The translations under genes were made by a program, and so were the position numbers. Positions 6,309-16,353 of a stretch of DNA of 33,652 bases are shown piece after piece. The stretch lies in the IMG/VR virus record IMGVR_UViG_3300027362_000020, positions 1 through 33,652 of that record; one strand, given 5' to 3'. Below the pieces are notes generated by a model, which ran no database searches, had not been told where the DNA came from, and saw nothing but the letters and a program-made list of their open reading frames with translations. Source of the DNA: a virus (taxonomy: Duplodnaviria; Caudoviricetes). The first letter of the stretch is position 1. The number at the start of each line of letters is the position of its first letter.

Positions 6309-7619
6309 ATGGGTATTTTAGAACGCATAAAACAAGTATTTGCACCGCAAGATACTACTAATGTCAATTTTTCTTCACTTCCCATCTATTCTTTGCATGG
6401 AGAGCACGTAAATTCCGAATCAGCTATGAGACAATCTTGTGTTTTTGCTTGCGTGAAAGCAATTTCAGAGGTTACGGCATCTTTGCCCATAAAGGTTTAC
6501 AAAACAGATTGGATATCTGACAGGGAATTTCTCCCAAATCACCCCTTATATTATCTTTTGAACTTCAGACCAAATCCCCTCCAAAGTGGTTATGAGATAA
6601 AGCAACAGATTGCGGCTTCCTTGGTTCTCCACTCTGTTGCTTATGTTTTCGTCCAGCGGGATATTTATGATCGTCCTGTGAGTCTAACGCCTATAGATCC
6701 TTCATTAGTCAGTGTTGTTTGGAACGATTCGCATACCGATTTAATTTATTATGTTGGCGAGATAGGATTAAAATTAACTGGTCAGACATTTACCAAAAGA
6801 GAAATTCTGCATATTAGAGGTTTTTCTAAAGGGGTAATTAATCCCCTTTCCCCCATAAATTATGGAAGCAAATCAATTGGATTGGATATTTCCCTACAAA
6901 AACATCAAGAGAGCAGCTTTGGCCCAAATTCCAGCAGGCCCGGCGGAACCATAGAGGGTCCGAATCCAATTTCGAGTGAAGTCGCAAAACGGGTTTTGGA
7001 ATTATTCCGAACTAGCTATACGGGAAATGCTAATACAAATAAAATCATGCTTTTGGATAATGGATTAACTTTTAAACCAATTTCAATGAATGATAATATT
7101 TCATTACAACTCATCGAAAATAAAAACGCATCACTTGGAGATATTTGCAGATTCTTTATGGTCCCTGGACCTGTTATAGGATTTACAAAAGATAGCTCAT
7201 ACCAAACTGTGGAGCAAGTAATTTTGACTTGGCTCAACTTCTGTTTGAAGCCCCTCTTTCAATGTTTCGCTCAGGCGTGCGCGCGCGACCTTCTGAAAGA
7301 AAGGGACGTAATGAACTATGAAATCAGTTTCGATTATACGACGGTGCTTACTGGCGGACTAGATAGCACATCCCAGTCACTCGCTAGACTGGTACAGGGT
7401 GGAATTTTTACACCCAATGAAGCTCGCTCTTATCTTGGAAAAGATGGAGTTGATTCCCCGGCGTGTGACCAATTGTTTATCCAACAGAATATGACAAGTG
7501 TAGATCAACTTCAAAAACAATCGGAACAAGCCGATCAATCTTCCCAAGTACAGCAAGAAGCTGCACAATTAAATAAAACGATCCTTGAAGAACAGATAAA
7601 ATTATTAAAGGAGATATAA
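6309..7619 (+). CDS. Portal protein, HK97 family
   Basis: VFACVKAISEVTASLP, HPLYYLLNFRPN, EILHIR, ICRFFMVP, TPNEAR motifs. Confidence 0.95.
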   Translation: MGILERIKQVFAPQDTTNVNFSSLPIYSLHGEHVNSESAMRQSCVFACVKAISEVTASLPIKVYKTDWISDREFLPNHPLYYLLNFRPNPLQSGYEIKQQIAASLVLHSVAYVFVQRDIYDRPVSLTPIDPSLVSVVWNDSHTDLIYYVGEIGLKLTGQTFTKREILHIRGFSKGVINPLSPINYGSKSIGLDISLQKHQESSFGPNSSRPGGTIEGPNPISSEVAKRVLELFRTSYTGNANTNKIMLLDNGLTFKPISMNDNISLQLIENKNASLGDICRFFMVPGPVIGFTKDSSYQTVEQVILTWLNFCLKPLFQCFAQACARDLLKERDVMNYEISFDYTTVLTGGLDSTSQSLARLVQGGIFTPNEARSYLGKDGVDSPACDQLFIQQNMTSVDQLQKQSEQADQSSQVQQEAAQLNKTILEEQIKLLKEI

Positions 7620-8368
7620 TGTTTCATCAATACCCCCAACTTAGAGCTAGAACAAAAGAATGGTTTAAAGTATCCGCCAAAGAATCCAAGGAAGGGGAGG
7701 TAATCGGTCAGGTGGAAATTCTCGACGCCATAGATGAAATGTTTGGCCTTAATCCTTCCGAGCTAATCGCTAAAATCCGAGCGATGGATGTGGACCGAAT
7801 TCACGTGGCGATTAATAGTCCAGGAGGTAGCGTTTTTGGCGGCCTTGGAATTTATAGCGCTTTAAAAGCTCATCGCGCGAAGGTGACCACCGAAAATATG
7901 TCATTGGCCGCTTCAATTTCCTCAGTCATTTTAATGGCAGGAGATGAAGTATTCCAAAGAGAAAATTCCATGATGATGATTCATAAAGCTTGGTCTTTGA
8001 CCGCAGGAAATTCAAAAGAACTAAGAGATACAGCTGAAATTTTAGATAAAATTGATACCCAACTTATTTCCATTTATGCTGGAAAAACAAAATTAGATCC
8101 TTCTGTGATTGAAAGTTATTTAGAAGCTGAGAGTTGGTACACAGCCGCTCAAGCTCAAGAACTCGGTTTCGCCCATACTTTAGAATACGAAACCTTGCAG
8201 GCCAAATCAGCTTTCGATTTATCTATATATAAAAACACCCCGGACATTCTTAAAAAAGTAACCAATGAGGCCCTATTAGCAAAAGCAAAGGAAGAAGAAG
8301 ATTTAAAACGGGCATCTTTGCAAAAAGAATTTTTACGGAGAAGAATTGAACTAGCAGAATATTTATAA
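7619..8368 (+). CDS. Head maturation protease, ClpP-like
   Basis: INSPGGSVF, LAASISSVI, MMMIHKAW, ESWYTAAQAQELGF. Confidence 0.93.
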   Translation: MFHQYPQLRARTKEWFKVSAKESKEGEVIGQVEILDAIDEMFGLNPSELIAKIRAMDVDRIHVAINSPGGSVFGGLGIYSALKAHRAKVTTENMSLAASISSVILMAGDEVFQRENSMMMIHKAWSLTAGNSKELRDTAEILDKIDTQLISIYAGKTKLDPSVIESYLEAESWYTAAQAQELGFAHTLEYETLQAKSAFDLSIYKNTPDILKKVTNEALLAKAKEEEDLKRASLQKEFLRRRIELAEYL

Positions 8369-8418
8369 TACACGCAGCGAAAGCTCGTTAAACATTTTTG
8401 ATATAAAAAGGATTTTAT

Positions 8419-9594
8419 ATGAACCAAAAAGAACTAATCGATGAGAAAATAAAACTCATCAACGATGCCAGAGCAGTACACGAAAAAGAAACGCTTTCTG
8501 AAATCGATAAAGAACAATTCGACAAGATTATGAACCGGGTGACAGATATCAATGGAACCCTAAAGAGAATGGACACCATTTCCAAGATTGAAGAAGAAGA
8601 AAAGCCAAAAGCTAAATTCTTTGAACCGGAAATGCCACAATCTTTCCAGGATAAAAGAAAAACCGAGCAATATGAGAAAGCGTTCATCGCCTATTTAAAG
8701 CAAGGTTACCAGGAACTAGCTCCTGAGTTTAAAAACATTTTAACCGTTGGAACTCCCGCCGCGGGCGGAGTGTTGGTCCCGATATTATTGGAAGGCATGA
8801 TTCAATCGGGCCTTTTCCAACAGGACGTACTTAGACAACTTGCCAAGGTCATCACCACCACCAGCACATTGGATATCCCGATCTCAACTAATTTTGGAAC
8901 TGCTGTATTTACTCCGGAAGCGGTTGCGGCTGGTGGAACAGATCCAAGTTTCGTACTAAAAAGATTGTCAGCTTTCAAAATGACCAAGCTAACCCAAGTT
9001 TCAATGGAGTTAATGCAAGATAATGCCGTCAATCTGATGGAATTTTTATCTGAATCCTTTTCCAGAGCAATGGCAACCCTTGAAGGAAATGCCTTCCTAA
9101 ATGGAACTGGGATTGGGCCTGCATCTCCAATTCTAGGAATTTTAAATGACCCGGCTTTACTTACAACTCCTGCCGCAGGAGCAGCGACCATAACTGACGT
9201 TGATCTTTTGAATCTAAAACATTTTGTATCACCTCCTTATCGAGCTAATGCCTCTTGGTTAATGCATGATACGACTTACAAAATTTTAGCGGGAATGAAA
9301 GACCTCAACGGACAATTTTTGCTTCGCGTGAGTTTATCAGCCGATTCATCTGACATGCTTTATGGAAATCCAATTTATATTTCTCCATACATGCCGGTAC
9401 CTGCCACTACTAAAGTTTCCGTTCTATACGGAGATTTTAGATATGGAGTATGGATTGGGGACAGAATGAATACTTCACTTCAGATTCTCAATGAGAGATA
9501 TGCTGAGCTTGGGTTAACGGGCTTTCTGCTAACTCGCAGAAGTGACGTGTTATTGACCTACCCTCTAGCAATAGCTGGTTTAAAGCATCCATAA
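8419..9594 (+). CDS. Major capsid protein, HK97 fold
   Basis: Coiled-coil N-terminal delta domain, GGVLVP, VSMELMQD, AFLNGTG...P.GIL, MKDLNGQFL, GDF. Confidence 0.95.
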   Translation: MNQKELIDEKIKLINDARAVHEKETLSEIDKEQFDKIMNRVTDINGTLKRMDTISKIEEEEKPKAKFFEPEMPQSFQDKRKTEQYEKAFIAYLKQGYQELAPEFKNILTVGTPAAGGVLVPILLEGMIQSGLFQQDVLRQLAKVITTTSTLDIPISTNFGTAVFTPEAVAAGGTDPSFVLKRLSAFKMTKLTQVSMELMQDNAVNLMEFLSESFSRAMATLEGNAFLNGTGIGPASPILGILNDPALLTTPAAGAATITDVDLLNLKHFVSPPYRANASWLMHDTTYKILAGMKDLNGQFLLRVSLSADSSDMLYGNPIYISPYMPVPATTKVSVLYGDFRYGVWIGDRMNTSLQILNERYAELGLTGFLLTRRSDVLLTYPLAIAGLKHP

Positions 9595-9606
9595 TAGTTA
9601 AACATC

Positions 9607-9630
9607 GGGGGACTTCGGTCCCCCTTTTTT
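9607..9630 (+). terminator. Intrinsic terminator after the capsid gene
   Basis: GGGGGAC-TTCG-GTCCCCC followed by TTTTTT. Confidence 0.9.
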
Positions 9631-9652
9631 CCGCACTTATGTCGGAGGTATT

Positions 9653-9832
9653 TTGAAGATAAAGTTAAAAGCGAGTTTTGGCGGAGCATTTACAGGAACC
9701 TATGGCGACATAGTGGAAATGGACGATAAATCCGCCCTCACCTTAATTGAAAAATCTTTAGCTGAAGCTGTAATCGAAGAACCCCCCAAACTAATCCCTA
9801 AAATTATTAAAGGTAAAAAAAGTGGAAAATAA
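9653..9832 (+). CDS. Small post-capsid protein, 59 aa (not in the ORF track)
   Basis: GGAGG RBS, TTG start; MKIKLKASFGGAFTGTYGDIVEMDDKSALTLIEKSLAEAV...; overlaps the next start. Confidence 0.7.
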   Translation: MKIKLKASFGGAFTGTYGDIVEMDDKSALTLIEKSLAEAVIEEPPKLIPKIIKGKKSGK

Positions 9833-10937
9833 TTTATTAGATATAATAAAAACCGTTAGGGATCTTAAAGAGGCCAAGCTTAATGCGGTTCAAATTAAAG
9901 ATTTAATAACTTATTCCATAGACCAAAAAAAAAATGAACTTATCGGACCTGCGGGCGAGAAAGGAGAGCGAGGAGACAAAGGCGATTCAATCCTTGGGCC
10001 TCGTGGATTACCCGGCCCGCGTGGAAATAATGGAACGGGAATTGAGAAAATTGATATCACCGAATCCGAGCATCAAGTAGCTTTATCCATCCATACAACG
10101 GATGGAAAAATAAAAAACTTTCCAAATATCAGAGGACCGCGCGGACAACGGGGAAAAATTGGCGACCAAGGTCCACAAGGCCTAATTGGGCCGACTGGAC
10201 CTACTGGAAATCCGGGACGTGATGGAGAACTTTTTAAATTTGTCGGTGGTTATATTCCCGGAAAATCCTATAACAAGAATGATATCGTTACTTCTAGAAA
10301 TGGCTCCCTTTATTTAAGTTTAAAAGATAACAATACCGCACCACTTGATGATAAGAAATCCTGGGATCTAATACTTCCATATCCAGTGAACTACAAATCC
10401 GGAACTCCTACGGGGGCCAGCAAAGGCGGAGTAAGCGTTTGGCTGCCATCCAATTTCTACGCCACCGATGCCTTTGTTTGGATAGATAATAAAATTTATC
10501 GATCCCTAACAACCCAAACAAGTACCGCAAACTTTTATAACGATTACCGCGCAGGAAATTGGGTAAACATGAGCGACGGCGATGCCGTCCAACCTTTATT
10601 AAATGGAGCAACCAATGTTAGGTTAGATGCCCTGAAATTTATTCCCACACAATATAGAATGATAATTTGCGATCTTGTTTGCATGAGAAAATCCTCAACC
10701 GTTGCGGATTCTTATTTTAAATTGACCATAACTTGCATTTGGAATGGGACCGCCTGGATTAAGAACGAATCATCTAAAACTTATTTCCCAGGCGCGCCCG
10801 ATGATATCACATTTACAATTAATACCGATGGGGGAAATCAAAACGCCCTGATTTTGGGCTACACCACCCCCGCGCTCGCGGGCGCGTACGATGCCGCCTT
10901 TTCAAAAGTCTTTATATCTTTTAGAGGGATAATTTAA
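9822..10937 (+). CDS. Collagen-repeat virion fibre/decoration protein
   Basis: Two Gly-X-Y runs, then short aromatic modules (YNKNDIV...LYLSL...W; WLPSNFY...IYRSL...NW). Confidence 0.7.
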   Translation: MENNLLDIIKTVRDLKEAKLNAVQIKDLITYSIDQKKNELIGPAGEKGERGDKGDSILGPRGLPGPRGNNGTGIEKIDITESEHQVALSIHTTDGKIKNFPNIRGPRGQRGKIGDQGPQGLIGPTGPTGNPGRDGELFKFVGGYIPGKSYNKNDIVTSRNGSLYLSLKDNNTAPLDDKKSWDLILPYPVNYKSGTPTGASKGGVSVWLPSNFYATDAFVWIDNKIYRSLTTQTSTANFYNDYRAGNWVNMSDGDAVQPLLNGATNVRLDALKFIPTQYRMIICDLVCMRKSSTVADSYFKLTITCIWNGTAWIKNESSKTYFPGAPDDITFTINTDGGNQNALILGYTTPALAGAYDAAFSKVFISFRGII

Positions 10938-13900
10938 TGAAGCTAATAATATTTTTAATCCTAATGTTAAATGCCCTAGCGGATACGAATTATTTTTCTA
11001 ATGCCCAAATCGGAAATGTAAGCAATTTGGATCCCAAATTAATCCTGCAATTAAATTCCACAACCCAAGGGAGTTTATTCGCGCCCAAAATGACAACCGC
11101 CCAAAGGTTACTGATCACGCCTCCAATCCCAGGAGGAACAGTCGTTTTCGATACTGACTTAAATGCTTACATGGGATGGAACTCCTTAAATTTAACCTGG
11201 AAAGCAATCGGGGGAGGTGCCGCATCTTTAAGCAATTGGACGCCTACAACCGTTTATAAAATAGGGGATTCAGTAGTTTCTCAGGCGGATAGCAATGATG
11301 TTTTCAGATCGCTTACAGATCATACATCCAGCGCTTCTTTTAATGCCGATCGTTTGGCAAATAATTGGGAGAAAATATCTCCGACTTATTTTAAATTATT
11401 TGTTCCTGGCACTCAATATTTCACCGGAGATTTGATTAAAACCTTCGATGAACAATTATTTTTAGCTAGGATAAACTTCATAGCTGATGTAGATCCGGTT
11501 GTAGATATATCCCTTAGGAATATGGAATTTAGATCTCCTAATGATTTGACTACTGCCCCTCTTAGAGGTGGCGTGGTGACCTACGGAGCACCTAACTATA
11601 ACGTAACCGCAGGAAACGGAGTAATTGTCACTAATGGTGGAACTCCTTTCTCTCAGGTTAATCCTGTAACTTGGAACGCTGCCGTTTTAACCATGCCTAA
11701 TCCTACAGGGTATAACACCATTCAAGTTAGTGGCACAGGAGTTGTGTCCGCAGTATCAGGAATAAGCGGAGCATTAGCTAGCAAGCAGAATATGGTATTG
11801 GCAGTTGTATTTGCCCCTAACAATGAAATCATGCCTATAGGTACAGCTACTGTTGACCATGGCAATGACATGAGAACCCTATCAATTATGATTGGTATAG
11901 TTCGAAATGGAGTTATCTTTACGGGTAACCCCAACCAGACATTCCTAACTACCTCTGGAAGTCTATTCTTTAATGGTCTAGGAAAAGGAACTGAGACACC
12001 TAATGTAAAATCTTGCCCTGCTCAACCAGTAACCTCATTTCGTTTATATGATAGGGATTCCGATCTTGGAGTAACTACAACTATTCCTAATGCTCAGTAT
12101 GATGTGGGCGGAGTGCTTACTGCCATTCCGGGAACAAACTGGACTTACTTTAAAATCTATCTGGCACCGAATTGTAATATTATTTTGCAGTATGGTCAGG
12201 ATACTGCTCCAACTAAAAACGAAATCATCGCTTTGCAAGACGTAAACATTGATGCTTATATTCCAAATCCTCAGTTGCAAGGCATAGTGAAATTTGTCGG
12301 TATAGTTTATTTCCAAAAAGCAAATCTAAACTTCGCCAGTAACGTAACTACTCAATGGGTAAACTCTGGTCTTTTCGGAATGGGTGTCAGCGGTAGTGGA
12401 AGTTCTATTACTGCTACTGGTGATATTCTAGGGCCTGCAGTCTCTATTGATAATCACCCCATGCTATTTGATGGCACTACTGGAAAGCTAGCTAAGGATA
12501 GTTCATTCACCACATTCAATACTGACGGAAGTGTTTTATTTCAAGGTGGAAATTCCCAATTAACTGTCGACAGACCGACAGGTTCATTGAACTTAAGACA
12601 TAACGGAATGACCTTTGCAGATATCGCAAGCACATTCTCCCTATCTATTTTGCCTGCTCCTGTACCTACAGGAAATCAAACTATAACTTTTCCGCCTAAT
12701 CCACCATTAGCTAATCAAATTTTAAAATCTGATGCCTTCGGACAATTAAGCTGGGTTCCCGGTGGTTCACTTACTAATTGGCAAGGAACTCATGATTATG
12801 TATTAGGTGAGACGGTTGTATCTCCAACAGATAGCAACGATATATTCAGGGCATTGTTGGCGCATACATCTACCGCTAGTTTTGATGCCGATAGATTAGC
12901 AGGTAATTGGGAAATAATTTCTCCATCCCATTTCATTCCATTTACTCCCGCTCAACAATATTTTGTTGGAGATTTGATCAGGACTCAAGATGGTGGTATT
13001 TGGAGAGCAACTTCAAATTTTATTGCCTCTGCTACAGCTACTATTGATGTTGCTGCTGGAAGAATGGAAATAATGTCACCTGTTGATTATACTACTTCCT
13101 TAACATCTGGTGGTGCAGTTACTTTCGCTGCCCCAAATTATCAAATAGCAGCGGGAACAGGATTAATAGTTACAAATGCTGGAACTCCGTTTTCTTCTTT
13201 TCAAAATGTAAATTGGAATGCCACAAATATTCCAGAACCACTTCCTAATCCTGGTGGAGTAAATACAATTTCAGTTAATAGTGCGGGAATTGTTTCTGTC
13301 TCAACAGGGCTTGATTCTCCGTTAAGTGCAAAAACTTCTATAACATTAGCTAATATATTTGCTCCCACTAGAACCATAACTCCCAGAAATGGCCCCGCTA
13401 CCGATCATGGAAATAGCATTAGATCATTATCTGTTCTGATGGGAATGCTTAAAGATAAAATAGAATTTACTGGCAACGCTGATAATACTTTTCAAACTAA
13501 AGCAGGCTCAATTTATTTTGATGGAATAGCGCCGGGTACTGAACAACCAAATATTATAAATTGTCCGGTACAATTAATTACTAATTTTAATTACTACGAT
13601 CAAGATACAACCATATCAACCAACCAAACTCTCTTAGACACTTATAATTATGATTTAGGTGGAATCATGACAGGTATCCCCGTTGGAAATTGGAGTTATA
13701 GTAAAATATTCCTATCGCCTAATTGTCGAGTGTATGTCCAGCATGGACAGCAATTTGCGGCCACTGAGGCAGCGATAATTGCAGCAGAGGAATCTGGCAG
13801 AAGTTCTTATGTTACAAACCCTGCTCTAACTATCGGGGTGAAATTTGTTGGTATAGTTTTCTTCCAAGCTCAAACCAATGTCCTTACCGAAGGGCCGTTC

Positions 13901-15733
13901 GTTACTTGGGTTAACTCCGGATTGTTTGGCATAGGTGTCGCTGGAAGTGGCTCAACAGTTACAACCAATGGGGATGTTTTTGGCCCGGCATCTTCAGTAG
14001 ATAGAGCAATAGCGGTCTTTAGCGGAGGCGGTGGAAAAACATTAATAGATACACCTCCTACTATTGATTCAACAGGAAGTATCGCAGGAGTTCAAAATTT
14101 ATCCGTTAAAGGTTTAAATACAAATCCTCAAAGTGCTCTAAATCTTTCTGCCGTAAATTTTGCAACAGGAAGAAGCGGTACTGGAGCTCTGTCAGCAGGA
14201 CAAACTTCTGCCGATGTTTCTTTTGGATTTGGTGCCAATGGAGATTGGAGACATTTCATAGCTACTTACCATGATGGCGGTGCTGCCTTAGTTAAAAATA
14301 ATCAATTCAGATTTTATGTTCAGAACTCTACCACATCAACAGATTCAATAGCACCGAATGGCACAGGTAATGCTATGGCGATGGCAATTACTCCGGTAGG
14401 CACAGGTATCTTAACTACCGACCCTTTTACGGCATTGGATGTTGTTGGAGATATAATAACTTCCTTTCATGGAAATACTTCTCCACATAATGTTGCTGAA
14501 GTAGGGACTAGAGCTATCGGACACGTATCTGGAAATTCATTTACTAATCAATTTGCTGGGATGAAAGTAGAAATTAAAGCTGTAGAATCGTCCCACCTTA
14601 CCACCAAGCCTGCTATGGCAAACAACTCGGATATATTATGGACTACTTGGGGAAATTCTCTTTGGAATACTAAAGAAGTAATGAGATTAACTGCTAGAGG
14701 AAGGCTTGGAATAAATACCAATACTCCGCAGGCACTACTCCATGTAAACGGACAATCTATCTTTGGAACTGTTCAAGCTGCTGCTGATGTAGCTAATGCC
14801 GGGGTTGCCAGAGTAACTGTAACAGGCCCCAATGGAAATGCCAATGGCCCACACAATTCATGGAACAATGATTCCGACCCATATCCAGTAAGACATTTTC
14901 TAAACTGGACGCATGATAATATCTGGGATTGTTGGGATTGCTATTATGGGTATGATGCTGGCGGAGCAAATATTAATTTAAGAGGTTCTAATACAAGTTC
15001 CGCTTTTAGATGGACTAAGACAGCTACTGATTTAATTTTAGGTGTTAATGCTGCTCCTACCGCAGGCGGAGTTATAACTACTACAAATAAATTTTGGCTT
15101 AATGAAACTGGAACAGTTAATGTTGCCGACATTTTAGTCGCAGGCCCCGGCGGTGTTGATATTTTAGGTAACGGTACTTTAAATAGATTAGGACAAGAAT
15201 CAATCAGAATGCAGAATGCTCCTGTTTGGACATATGGAGGTTTTGCTGGAATAGGAAATAACCCGATGCCGCTTCCAGCAGGCAGTAACGGACTTCGCCA
15301 AGCTAATGCTAACTTCGCTGGTGGCAATGGATGCTGTGTTTATACTCCTGCAATTAGAGCAGCAGGAAGTCCTTTTTATGTCTATGTTGAATCCACTTGG
15401 GGAACTGCTGTGGGTGGAGATAGGACAAATCACCCAGGAATTAATCAGTCGGTACCTACAGGCTGGGTAGCTACCTATATTTCAAATGGAACTACTTGGG
15501 AGTATCAAGGGAAAACGACCACTACAGAATTTAATGCTGGTTTGACCTATATAACAAGCACTACTAATCCCGGCAAAGGAAATGCTGGAAACTATTTAAG
15601 GTCTTCTGGAAATGGTCAATTATATTGGTCAGCAACGGTAGTAGCGGATGAGGCACTATCAGCAGAGGTAGCATCCCAGAAAAAACAAATAAATGATTTA
15701 ATTAAGAGAATTAAAAAGTTGGAGGCAAAATAA
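10937..15733 (+). CDS. Large fibre/adhesin-like protein with an internal duplication
   Basis: 1598 aa, rich in G/T/N/S. LNSTTQGSLFAPKMTTAQR and GRLGINTNTPQALLHVNG are fibre-like motifs. C-terminal coiled coil. Confidence 0.65.
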   Translation: MKLIIFLILMLNALADTNYFSNAQIGNVSNLDPKLILQLNSTTQGSLFAPKMTTAQRLLITPPIPGGTVVFDTDLNAYMGWNSLNLTWKAIGGGAASLSNWTPTTVYKIGDSVVSQADSNDVFRSLTDHTSSASFNADRLANNWEKISPTYFKLFVPGTQYFTGDLIKTFDEQLFLARINFIADVDPVVDISLRNMEFRSPNDLTTAPLRGGVVTYGAPNYNVTAGNGVIVTNGGTPFSQVNPVTWNAAVLTMPNPTGYNTIQVSGTGVVSAVSGISGALASKQNMVLAVVFAPNNEIMPIGTATVDHGNDMRTLSIMIGIVRNGVIFTGNPNQTFLTTSGSLFFNGLGKGTETPNVKSCPAQPVTSFRLYDRDSDLGVTTTIPNAQYDVGGVLTAIPGTNWTYFKIYLAPNCNIILQYGQDTAPTKNEIIALQDVNIDAYIPNPQLQGIVKFVGIVYFQKANLNFASNVTTQWVNSGLFGMGVSGSGSSITATGDILGPAVSIDNHPMLFDGTTGKLAKDSSFTTFNTDGSVLFQGGNSQLTVDRPTGSLNLRHNGMTFADIASTFSLSILPAPVPTGNQTITFPPNPPLANQILKSDAFGQLSWVPGGSLTNWQGTHDYVLGETVVSPTDSNDIFRALLAHTSTASFDADRLAGNWEIISPSHFIPFTPAQQYFVGDLIRTQDGGIWRATSNFIASATATIDVAAGRMEIMSPVDYTTSLTSGGAVTFAAPNYQIAAGTGLIVTNAGTPFSSFQNVNWNATNIPEPLPNPGGVNTISVNSAGIVSVSTGLDSPLSAKTSITLANIFAPTRTITPRNGPATDHGNSIRSLSVLMGMLKDKIEFTGNADNTFQTKAGSIYFDGIAPGTEQPNIINCPVQLITNFNYYDQDTTISTNQTLLDTYNYDLGGIMTGIPVGNWSYSKIFLSPNCRVYVQHGQQFAATEAAIIAAEESGRSSYVTNPALTIGVKFVGIVFFQAQTNVLTEGPFVTWVNSGLFGIGVAGSGSTVTTNGDVFGPASSVDRAIAVFSGGGGKTLIDTPPTIDSTGSIAGVQNLSVKGLNTNPQSALNLSAVNFATGRSGTGALSAGQTSADVSFGFGANGDWRHFIATYHDGGAALVKNNQFRFYVQNSTTSTDSIAPNGTGNAMAMAITPVGTGILTTDPFTALDVVGDIITSFHGNTSPHNVAEVGTRAIGHVSGNSFTNQFAGMKVEIKAVESSHLTTKPAMANNSDILWTTWGNSLWNTKEVMRLTARGRLGINTNTPQALLHVNGQSIFGTVQAAADVANAGVARVTVTGPNGNANGPHNSWNNDSDPYPVRHFLNWTHDNIWDCWDCYYGYDAGGANINLRGSNTSSAFRWTKTATDLILGVNAAPTAGGVITTTNKFWLNETGTVNVADILVAGPGGVDILGNGTLNRLGQESIRMQNAPVWTYGGFAGIGNNPMPLPAGSNGLRQANANFAGGNGCCVYTPAIRAAGSPFYVYVESTWGTAVGGDRTNHPGINQSVPTGWVATYISNGTTWEYQGKTTTTEFNAGLTYITSTTNPGKGNAGNYLRSSGNGQLYWSATVVADEALSAEVASQKKQINDLIKRIKKLEAK

Positions 15734-15826
15734 ATGCTTATACCATTTTTGGCAACAGTCGGAATTTTACTATTTGCAGGCGGCGCGGTTTATTACTTTA
15801 GAAAGAAAAAGAAAAAGAAAAAATAG
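15734..15826 (+). CDS. 30 aa single-TM micro-protein with a poly-Lys tail (not in the ORF track)
   Basis: MLIPFLATVGILLFAGGAVYYFRKKKKKKK; GGAGG upstream; exactly fills the gap between its neighbours. Confidence 0.6.
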   Translation: MLIPFLATVGILLFAGGAVYYFRKKKKKKK

Positions 15827-16353
15827 TGCGCAACCGGGTTTATATTTACTTTTCCAAACCAAAATCTATTTTCTGGTTTCCTTTATCTTTTATAATTAGG
15901 CTAATAGAATCCCCAACTAAATGTAAATTATGGCATTCATCCCATGCCGCAATTGAATTAGATGAGAATGTTTATGAGGCGATCCTTTTCATTGGCGTTA
16001 GAAAAATTCCCTTTCATTCCTGGCTTAAAAAGAATCACATGGAAAAAAAGTATTACCTGGATATCTCGGAGGACGACTTTGAAGATATCTTTTATTTCTG
16101 CGAAGGATCCATAGGAATACCCTACGCAACGCTAGAATTATTTGGTCTATTATATTCCAAAATAATGCTGCATTTATTTAATCGTCAGATTAAAAATCCT
16201 CTGAATATAATATCACGCAAGGTTAAGTGTACTGAATTTGTCCTTGAATCCCTTTCCAAGGTTCACAAAATAGATTTAAAATCAGACATAAATAATATCG
16301 GGGTGCGGGATGCGGAACTTATTATCGCCCCTATTTGCAAGGAGATACTATGA
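15826..16353 (+). CDS. Permuted papain-like (YiiX/YebB-type) enzyme
   Basis: His before Cys: SHAAI...VYEA...GIPY...KCTEFV. Confidence 0.65.
   Translation: MRNRVYIYFSKPKSIFWFPLSFIIRLIESPTKCKLWHSSHAAIELDENVYEAILFIGVRKIPFHSWLKKNHMEKKYYLDISEDDFEDIFYFCEGSIGIPYATLELFGLLYSKIMLHLFNRQIKNPLNIISRKVKCTEFVLESLSKVHKIDLKSDINNIGVRDAELIIAPICKEIL

Noticed and set aside
7676-7699. Unit 2 decode (AK..KEGE) resembling this phage's protease AKESKEGE
   Set aside because: Only 6 of 8 dinucleotides match over part of the guide and the flanks do not align without a gap; this could arise by chance in 33 kb
10937-15733. Diversity-generating retroelement acting on fibre genes
   Set aside because: No reverse transcriptase in the window and no near-identical repeat pair differing only at adenines was seen
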